Assembly: GCA_964247055.1 (NCBI GenBank)
Contig: OZ176052.1
Span: forward strand, 2,046,001-2,110,000
DNA: 64,000 nt
Direction: 5' to 3'
Source of the DNA: Paragordius varius
Lineage: Eukaryota; Animalia; Nematomorpha
Position 1 is the first letter of the stretch. Every line of letters starts with the position of its first letter. The position numbers were made by a program, and so were the translations under genes. The notes beneath the pieces are model-generated. The model worked only from the letters and a program-made list of their open reading frames with translations, was not told the origin of the DNA and did not search any database. Below, piece by piece: positions 1-10,000 of the stretch.

Positions 1-344
1 TATGCTCACACAATATTAATAAAATTAATATTTTTAACAAATTATTAGTTAAAGTCTAAAACAAAACACTTAAAAAAATTTTTTATATCGTGTTTGCATT
101 TTACAGTTTTTTATGTTTGAAATCTATTAAAATAATAATTAACGTCCATCCATATTTCGAATACAGCTCGTCGGAATGTATTGTACACGCCTGGTCCAAT
201 AAATAAATTTTAGCTTTTACGATTTGTCTTAAGAATTTCAATTTTAACCGTAAATTTCAAGGATTTAGCCAGAAAAACCCAATATAAATCCATAAAAATA
301 TATAAAAAATATTTTAATTTAAGTTATAAAAATCTAAAACATAC

Positions 345-2079
345 CACATTAATAAAATAGGCTTGGAAAAATCGTATAACTTCCACGGTAACTTGCAGGC
401 TTATAGGTATAAGATTGTTGTATAAAATGACAAAAGTCAAAAATATGTATCCAAAATTACTCGTCACCATTTCTATAAATAGCAAATAAAAAACGGTTAA
501 TAAATTTATTTAAAAAATGCATTAAAATAATTTTATATAAAACCTACAACTTGATTGCATTTTTAAATACACTGCTAATATAATATTTGCGCATTTTTAA
601 TTAAAATTAAATAAAAAGATATCTGACCAATATCACTCATTACAAATAGTTTAAACGTCATCATTAAAATTGTCGCCTATATCTCTTTAAAATATTACAG
701 CAAAACAGAATGATCTTACGTTAAAATCAAGCTAATAAAACCGACCCATTTAAATATCGCTCCAAAAAACATGAATTCTTTAATAGTATGAATTCTCAAA
801 TGAATATGATCATTAGGTTCATAACTATATAAGTTATATGTAATATTAAACTATCTCGTAAAAAACATCAATCCATGATTTAGGCTATATAAATAAGCTC
901 ATAAATGCCCATATCTTTGTGATTCAGAACACACCAGTTAACAATCTTTTTATGCTCAAAATATAGGTTCAACGCAAAAAGTGCGGTCAATATCTAGGAA
1001 ACTTTACTGAAAAAACCGAATAATCTTAAGTTTTTGAAAATCACATCTCTCTACAAGAGTAAAATATTTCTTTGAAAAACACAACAATGCTTTATTAAAA
1101 CACCAATTTTCCCTAGTATAAACTATACCCGAATAAAAACGATCCTTTATATGTCCAATCCTTTCTGCCGTAATATTTCCGTCGTGTTGAAGGGTATCCT
1201 CCCATTCCCCAACCCCACCCATATATTCAGCCTCCTCGGGTTTATGATCGTAATAATGGTAAGGATCAAAACTGCCATTAAAGAATTGTGGACCAATAGA
1301 AGTTTGACCCGGTGAGGGTATAAACTTATTGGCTATTGTTGATGTCGACGTTTCAGCCTGTATTTTCTCAAGTTTTCGTCGAATAAATCGTGGCACTTTG
1401 TTGGGATTTGCCGTGTACCAGGATGCTATGCATTAAAATAAAAAAGTGAAAAAAAATTTTTAACATACCATTTTTTTCAGTCAAAACGCAACATTTTTGT
1501 TCAAGCAAAAGCAACATTTTTGTTCAAGCAAATGCAAAATTTTAATTGCCTTTGCTTGAAAAAATGTTGCGTTTGCTTGATAAAAAATGTTGCTTTTAGA
1601 CAAAAAAATGTTGAGTTTCGTTGAACAAATGTTGCGTTTCGTTGAAAAATATGGTATATATGTATATTTAATCAATTTTTTAATGGTTTAATGTTATTAA
1701 ATTCGTAAAATATGGAGAAATTGATAGCTATCAATTTATTTTTGTCGTTATGTAATGTGTAATTTGCCAAATATATAATACATGAATGGTAATTATACAT
1801 ATTTTTTGTATTTAATAACACTTTTTTTTATGGGAAAATATTATAATTCATTTGTGGTTGATTATGTATAAAAGATGTAAAAATATATATACCATTTTAA
1901 TAATAATTATGTGTAAGGCATATAGCTTTTTATAAAAACGGGTTAATTTATCGTGCAAACCTTTTCAGGATATTTTTTCCAAATAAAACTTTTTTTTCAC
2001 AAAAAACTTTAATTTACGAAAAATAAAATTTCGATTTCTGAAAAATTGGTGAGATAGTTATTTATATTTAATATATTTA

Positions 2080-2110
<31 letters not shown>

Positions 2111-3420
2111 CAACATTATTAAACAACAAATTAATAACTAAACAAAGGTTAAAAAAAGTTTTGTAAAATTACGTGAAAATCCAAGATACCAATCCTTTTC
2201 CAATCGTAAATGATTAAAGATTGTATTACCAAGGGCACTCAATAAGCACAATGATATAAGCATAACAAACAGGATTAAAATCTAAATATTAATTAATAAA
2301 AATTCCAATAAAACTAAAAACCAAATCTTAATATATTTGGAAATTTAAAAAATAAATTTTTCGCGCATTATTTGCAATATGAATTATTAATAAAAAAACT
2401 TATTCATTTACAAATTAATTCGAAAAAACTCAAATCAAACCTAACAAAAATTATTTTTTAAGGGGAAATTAATCCACAAAAAATTTTAAAAATATATATT
2501 TATTAACCATAAATTAAGGCAATTTTACAAAAATATATTATTTACAGAATATATCAATGTTAAAACTCATTAGTAATTAAAATAAAATTATTATTTTTTT
2601 ACATAAACGAAAAATCTCAAATCACCCCTTTAAAAAAATAATTTTTATGTATACTTTATTAAATTATTAATGAAATGGCACTACTAAATTTACCTGTCTA
2701 TTCACCATTTTGTCTATAGACGAGCGTTTAAAAGAGGGTAACATAGCATTCTAATAATATTTATATATATACCATTTACAATTCAAATTCACCCTCGAAC
2801 AATTTAAAATCACCCTTGAACTATTCATATTCACCCTAAAAATAAATTATGTGTTTTTTGGCTAATATAACTTATCATTAATATGATATGTATTTTTATG
2901 GCATAGTTTATTATATTTTCAGTATAATATTAATTTGAAACAAAATTTGATTTTTTTCAGAATAAAAATATATATGTAATTTTTAACTAAAAAAACAAAA
3001 TTTTTTTAGGGTAAATTTAATATTGTTCAAGAGTGATAAATTCAAGGGTGAATTTGAATTGTTCAAGTGAACTGTAAATGATATATATAAATGATTTTTT
3101 CAACATTAATAAATTTTCACGTTTAAAATTAATTTTTTCTTAATGCAATATTAACAAAACATCAGTGTACATGTTTTAAATCAAAATTTTTAATGTCAAA
3201 ACATGTCTCAAAAGCCAAAAACATGAACACTAAAACATTGCTTGTTTTTCTTTTGAAATGAAAATTATATTATGTTAAGAAAGAAAAATAAATAATTTAT
3301 AAGATACGTTCGAATATCAGTTAACACGCAATAAAACTTATAAATAAATATCTACGTGTGTACAGGTAAATTTTTACGAAAAATCTAAAGAAAATTTTAA
3401 AAAATTTAGCAACATAGTTT

Positions 3421-3482
<62 letters not shown>

Positions 3483-5901
3483 TATTTTTTATTAAAATTT
3501 AATATATACCAGCATAATTTTCGTTTCATGTCCAGTGTAAACGCATACACCTTTAAAAAAATTATAAAATATATAAAAAAATTATAAAAAATAAATTTTA
3601 ATTTTTGGAAAAAAAAATTTTGATAAAATTTACCAATAATCCATTTTGTGTTTTTGAGTTGAGAACCGCGTAACATCAATTGATCCGAATTTAATGGATA
3701 AGGTCTATAATATACATTTCATTATAAAAAATATTAGTAAATTATATTAAAAAAATTTTATTCTTAAATATATTTTTATGAATTTTTTATTTTTAGGAAT
3801 ACTTAAAGTTACATATTAACAAAATTATTTAATTTTTTATTAACAGAGTACTATAATTCTTATTTTTTCAAATTTAATATTGAAATATTGATTATATTCA
3901 AAAAATTTTATAAAATAAATTAGCAATCGGTTTTTTATTTATCCAATAAAATATATTAAAATATAATTATATCAATCAATATGGTTAAAACAAAAAAAAT
4001 TAATTAAGGTTAATTTGGACGCAATAATAGAATAAACAAATTTTCACATTAAACGTTTCGGTATTGCATTACAATATGGTATAAAAATATGAATTCCTCC
4101 TTATTATCGATTTTTATAGCAAACAAACATATTCATATGCCACAATTTTCACATTTAAAGGTAATAGCTAAGCATTAATCAAACAAACAGGTAAAATCAA
4201 ACGTATTAAAATAGATTTTATCTAAAAATTTGAAAAAAATGATATTTATTTTTTTTGGAGTTGAAATCTAAATTCTGAATCTAAATGTTGTAATTAAAAC
4301 ATTTATTTATAGGCAAATAAAAAAAATTAATTTATAAATAATTATTAGCATATGTAAAATAAATGAGACATTTTTCAAAATATAAAACTTTAATTTTAGA
4401 TCTATATCCTAAGTATTATTTTGGACTTTATTTAAACAGCCAAACTCAAAAAACATATATATACATCTCATAAAACATTAAATAAAGACCTAGAATTCTT
4501 TAAAAACAGCTAAAATCAAAAAATATCCATATTTATTCTCATAAAACATTCAATAAGCTCCCCAATTTTTTTCATAAAAACAGCAATAAATCCAGAATAC
4601 ATATATTTTTTCCCCTAAACAATCATTAATCTGTTTTGTTTTAACACAAAAAAATATATTTTTTATTAAACGCCCCAAAAAACCTCAACAATTATAACTA
4701 TTAAATAAATTCTCATTTTTTTATAAATGTATTAATACTGTGCTCCCTGGATCCGTAAAGTGCCCGTAAAATCGTACAAGAACCGGGTAGGCTTAGCACA
4801 TTCTATCCGACCTCGAACACTTCGGAGCGAAGCAATAAATTGGGAATAATTGTTTGTATTTATATTAACGCTGCTTTTTTCTTCAGAGGTCGCATTTTCA
4901 GGAGTTTTGGGTTCAGAAAAATTTGCTATGAGAGCTTTTAAAGGTGGTGCTTGACGTATTTTAAGGCTAGTTTCACCATCCAAATTTGAGGTTTGAATGT
5001 AGGACATGCCCTCGGGTTCACTCGAAGCCAACAAGACTAAATCGGCGGGGAACGGTTTATTTTCACTGACTTTAACCATGTCACCCACGGTTAACTATAA
5101 TATATAAACCGGAAAATTTTACCCAAATGTGAAAATTAAAAATTGAAAGTTTGAAAATTATTGAAAAATTGAAATTATATAGTTTGAAAATTATATTAAA
5201 ATTATATTAAATAATAATTTTTGATATCCAATATAATATCATAAAATTTATTCAAACCGTCAAATTATCGTTATAAACAATAATTTTTGACGGAATATAC
5301 ACATTTTAATCGGTGAAATTAAAATTTTACTTTATAATATTATTATAAATTTAAAAAAATTTGAAAATGAGAAAACGTATACAGTAAGTGACAAAATAAA
5401 TAATGATTTTTGAAATATAATATCATAAAATTTATTCAAACAGTCAAATTATTGTTATTAACAATGATTTTTGACGGAATATTCGCATTTGAATCGGCGA
5501 GATTAAAATTATACTTAATATAATATTATAATTTTATTTTATTAAACAGTCAAATTATTGTAGTTATATGGGTCTTTAAAAATGTTCATAAGGAAAAAAT
5601 TAAATGTATAATTTTATTGTTTCATTTTTTATTGCTTAAAACATATTACGTACAATATATTCTAGAAATAAAATTTTAAATATTCTATTAGGTTTTTAAA
5701 AGACTATAATGAATAATATTCTATACGAATACGCCAAAAATAAATTTCTTATATGCGTGTTAAATTTGTTAATTTAGACCACATGGGCGGGTGATGGACA
5801 GAAATTAAATGGTAATTTTATTGGGTAATCTTTTAAACATCATCACATATTAAAATATGTAGTGGGTTTAATAAAAAATATTAAAATTAAATACAACGAT
5901 A

Positions 5902-5932
<31 letters not shown>

Positions 5933-6918
5933 AAAAGAATAAAAATTAAAAAATAATCAAATATAAGTTCTAATTTTCCCGATTTTTAAATTTAAAACTC
6001 ATAAAACTTACATCTTGCCATTTAACTTTCATCCAAGAACCATGTCGGAATGCTAAAAATGTTATCATAAAAAATTATATAAAAAACCTAAAAATACTCA
6101 AAAATATTTGAAAAAATTAAAATATTTATTTCAAAACCAAACATTAGCATTGATAAAAAATAAGAAAAATCCAAAATAATATTACCATAGATAAGGCTAT
6201 TATTGGTGATTTTATCGGATTTATGTAGACGCTAAAATTTAATTTAGATTACAAATTTAATACTAAATCTTCAAACAGCTGTTTTATCATAGAAACCAGG
6301 AGAATGAAAGATAAAGGGACAGCTGTGGTAAAACGTCCTGTAGGGCTAACCCCAGGAATTTGCTAGAAAAGAGTTAAATTTTTATAAAAAAAAATTTAAA
6401 GAAATAAATAATATTAAATTATATTTTTTTTAGAAATATTTGGAAATCAGTCAGTTCTTTTAAAGATTCATATAATTTTATTTTTGAATATTTCAAATAT
6501 ATGGCTAATATGAATATTATAAATAAAATTATTATAACTGTTATAAAATGTGTTTTCTAAAAGTTTTGCAAATAAAAAAAAATTTACTTGTAATATAACG
6601 ATGAACAAGAAAAAGCAATTTGAATATATATGGAATTGTTCCCACAAAGATTTGGGTATGAATGTAAAAACATTATATTTGGCAGTACTAAAAACATATT
6701 ATTAGATTGGATATCTTACATGACTTTATTTTTTGAAAACTTTTCGTGTTGAGGACTATTTATAAGTACCGTCCTAAAATCGGGAGAATTTGCGTTATTT
6801 TCTTCCATTGAATTAACTATATTTCAAAAAAAAGATGTATGATACGTTCAATTTGTTGCAAATTTTTATATCCTTTATCAAAACAATTTGACAAAAAAGG
6901 GGGTAAATATATCTTCAT
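345..6918 (-). CDS. ATP8A1: P4-type ATPase phospholipid flippase, ATP8A1/2-like, 5' portion (continues beyond window start)
   Basis: Phase-consistent GT-AG exons 6918-6846, 6816-6720, 6687-6588, 6362-6264, 6231-6186, 6052-6012, 5094-4739, 3704-3634, 3550-3510, 2750-2694, 2281-2173, 472-345 (plus a candidate cassette at 1425-1129). They encode P4-ATPase motifs [93 protein letters not shown] and [21 protein letters not shown]. The DKTGT exon lies outside the window. Confidence 0.95.
1129..1425 (-). CDS. Candidate in-frame cassette exon (99 aa) of the flippase, or an unexplained intronic ORF
   Basis: GC-richer open frame between a tttaatgcatAG acceptor (1426) and a G|GTATAG donor (1128). It is 297 nt, phase 1 to phase 1, matching the flanking flippase exons. 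It overlaps the track ORF 1004-1396. Confidence 0.5.
1466..1656. mobile_element. Small non-autonomous TIR element (TACCAT-ended, family 3)
   Basis: Left end TACCATTTTTTTCAGTCAAAACGCAACATTTT and right end AAATGTTGCGTTTCGTTGAAAAATATGGTA are inverted. Both arms carry 21-23 bp CAACATTTTTGTTCAAGC-type repeats. Confidence 0.75.
2081..2105. repeat. (TA)n microsatellite
   Basis: Direct reading. Confidence 0.95.
2770..3083. mobile_element. MITE family 1 copy (TACCATTTACAATTCAAATTCACCC termini)
   Basis: Inverted termini, subterminal GAACAATTCAAATTCACCCTT-type repeats, and an internal core gctaatataacttatcattaatatg...atggcatagtttatt shared with other copies. Confidence 0.85.
3426..3476. repeat. (TA)n microsatellite
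   Basis: Direct reading. Confidence 0.95.
5214..5560. repeat. Tandem duplication of a ~190-bp intronic unit (2 copies plus a partial)
   Basis: atataatatcataaaatttattcaaac(c/a)gtcaaattat...tttttgacggaatat...aatcgg is repeated at ~5230 and ~5415, with a partial at ~5541. Confidence 0.8.
5902..5927. repeat. (TA)n microsatellite
   Basis: Direct reading. Confidence 0.95.
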
Positions 6919-7008
6919 CAGGCATCGGGAGGTACGCCTGAAAAGTCCTTAGATCGGCATATGTTAAAAAGAATGAATTAATATTTCGCTCGACGCATAT
7001 GCGGTAAT
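6919..7008. promoter_or_regulatory. Putative compact bidirectional promoter between the flippase and the S9 peptidase
   Basis: Inferred divergent ATGs at 6918 (-) and 7009 (+). The gap is a locally GC/CpG-richer island containing the palindrome CGCATATGCG (6994-7003). Confidence 0.55.
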
Positions 7009-10000
7009 ATGAAGCAGTCTACCTGGATTGATTTAATCCTAAATACAAAACGTATTGTTGAATTTAAGGTCGATGAAAAATTGGTGAAACTTGGAAAAAG
7101 TATCATTAAACATATATTTGAAAGTTGTAATTAATTTATTTGAGAATGGGAAAAATATTTTATACATCTTTGATACCACGCATAAAAAACTCACGCCAAT
7201 AACCACGTCAGGTATCCTTTGAATTATTAAAATCTTAAAGAATACAATTGTAGTTCAAGGGTTCACGAATATGGTGGAAACTCATTTTGTGTCGACAAAA
7301 ATTTGTCCTGTTATTTTGTAAATAAATCTGATCAATGCTTATACCAAATTGGCGCTGAATTGCAAACACCAAAGTTATATTTTAAAACAAACGATTGTCG
7401 TTTTACCGAAATGACATTTATTCAACCAGAAAATAAAGTTTTTATTGAAAAATATAATTTCAAGTTAACAGAAAAATGCGATAAAATGATGATAAGTGTT
7501 TGTGAAAAACATGATAGCGAATCCAAAAAGCAATCTTATCCAAAGAACACCATATCTGTCATAGTTCCACAATCAGATGGAGGAAATAAGAATTATGATT
7601 TGGTAGAGGGGGCTGATTTTTATGCTGACCTTAGCATCGTTAATAATTATTTAGTTTGGACACAATGGAACCATCCAAATATGGTAATTTAAACGATTTT
7701 TTAGTTTGTTCAGAAATTTGTTTCAATCAATATCGACCTTTTTTGAAACTTTTTGAAATCATTAAAAAGTTTTATTAGTATATATTTGTGTTTTTATCAA
7801 AATAAATGGTAATTTTTGCCGTATTAGTTGTTATTTACAAATGTTCGAATCTTTTTATTATTTATAGTTTTTAATTAATTTTAATTGAAAGTGTATTTAA
7901 TATAAAATATTCCTCGTAAATTTGAATGAAAGTTATGTATATTATTAAACAAATAAATAAATAGCCATGGGACGAAACTCAAATTGGATTAGGTGTACTG
8001 TCAAACCTATCAAACAATTCCAATTCCGCTAAAACTATTGGTGATAAATTTGATTACAAACTTTCTTTGAATCAACAAACGATAGTTTGTTCTAATGTTG
8101 GAGTTAGTTATATGCAACCAAAAATTATTTTATTTCCAAAAAATCAACCAAATGAAAATAATAATTTTGAGACAAAAATAAAAGACATTGACAGTTTTGG
8201 GTGTCTTTTATACATTTGTGATTCTTCTGGAGATGGATTTTACAATATCTATAAGCGTGATATGACCTGGAAAGATGGTAAGTTTTGATTTATTTTTTCA
8301 AAGAATTAAATGAAAAATTGTACCTTATTAAGATTTTTATGTATAAGATGACATTTTATTATTATAATTATGGTGGTATAACGGATTACTTGAAGTCTTA
8401 TTTATAACATTGATATGAAATCTGTAATTTAGTTGTGTTTAGGTATGGTTTAATATAATGATAATACATTATTTTATTGATTAATAGTTTGAATTTGTTT
8501 CTATTTTAAACGTTTTAAAGCGCTATATAAGTGTTGTGACATGGGATTTGATATAATATATTATATGTATGAAATTAATTTATACAAGCCTTATGTTTTA
8601 ATCTTTTATTCAAATGATTTTAACCTTTTTTGATACAACTAGTGGTGGATTATATGCTTATCTCATCAAATATATTTAAAATATAAAAAAAAATATTGAA
8701 CCGGTATTACAAAAAACAACATTCAGTTTTAAATTTTTTGGTTTTTTCATAACATAACAATGTTTTTTGAAAACATGTAATGCACTGTTATGATTCCGGC
8801 ATAATTTTAAGGCTAATAATCCTGGGATATTTTAAAAGGGTGATAATGGCCGAAAAGAATATTTGAATGCTAGCCAAAAGATAATTAATACTTTCCATTA
8901 ATAGACAAATATCTAGGACAGATTACTTAAAATATCATAAATTATTTGGAATTCTTATTTTTGAGCACAAGAACTTGCGATTTTTTTTAAAAAAAGTCAT
9001 TTGAACTAATATTTTATAAAACTTCCAATTTCCCCAGCTGCTCTTAATTCTTAAATCAATTTTGTTGGTCAACGATCCATTTGTCTGAACTTAACATTGC
9101 CCCCAAATATTTGCATCTTTTTTTACCTCTTACTACTCAACCCGGATCAACATCTATTTCATGTTGTTGACCCCAAAACTAATCAATCAGTTTTTACGTT
9201 GTTTAATTTCAGACCGTATTCATTCAGTTTAATAACCCATTTATTTTGTTTATCATTTGCTTTAACTGATTGTGAACAACTATTTTATATTAATAATTAT
9301 TGAAATTTTGAACAAAAGGGTCCTAATTTAAACATTATTGATTCCATCTTATCGTTTCCCAAATTTTTCCCCAATTTTTCTTCAAAATGAAATACCACTG
9401 TCATTTATTAAGCGTTACCATAAAAATACACATGATAATCATATAAAAAGGGTAAATACACTATAAATGAATCTTGATTATTTCCAAATCATTTTCCAAA
9501 TTATGTTCCAATTCATACATCATTCGATCGTTCAATCTTTCTTCTTTTTATGCTTTTTCTTTTTCTTACCCTTCTTTTTTTTCTTTTTTTTGCCCTTTTT
9601 CTTGGAACTCCCCCCACTTTCTCCATCACTTTTTGCACCACCGTCGTCGTCGTCTGCCTTTTTCTTTTTATGTTTCTTTTTCTTTTTTTTCTTCTTGCTG
9701 CTAGAACTTTCAGTGTCTTTAGCCTCTGCGCCCTTTTTTTCGGGCAATGTTGCTCCCTTGTCCACATCTGAGGCGTCTGTAACTGAGCTAGCTTCTGTGG
9801 CGGTGGAATCATCAGTATTGACTTTAACGGTTTTATCTTTGTCTGCTACAGTTTCTAAGCTCGTTTCACTGGCACTTTCTTCTGTTGTGGTTACGTCGGT
9901 GACACTTGTCACACTACTCACATCATCTGATTCGACAGGAGTTTTCTTAACTTGAGTTTTGTCCTTTTTTTCAGCTGTAGATTTTGCATCTTTACTCTTT

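Noticed and set aside
120-300. GC-richer patch near the window start as the next flippase exon
   Set aside because: No frame gives the expected DxxMY...ARTSNLNEELGQ sequence; that exon must lie outside the window
9467-9955. Plus-strand Phe/Leu-rich ORFs (9467-9955, 9474-9704, 9550-9771) and alternative-frame minus ORF 9513-9812
   Set aside because: Shadows of the poly-Lys and low-complexity tail of the nested 429-aa gene
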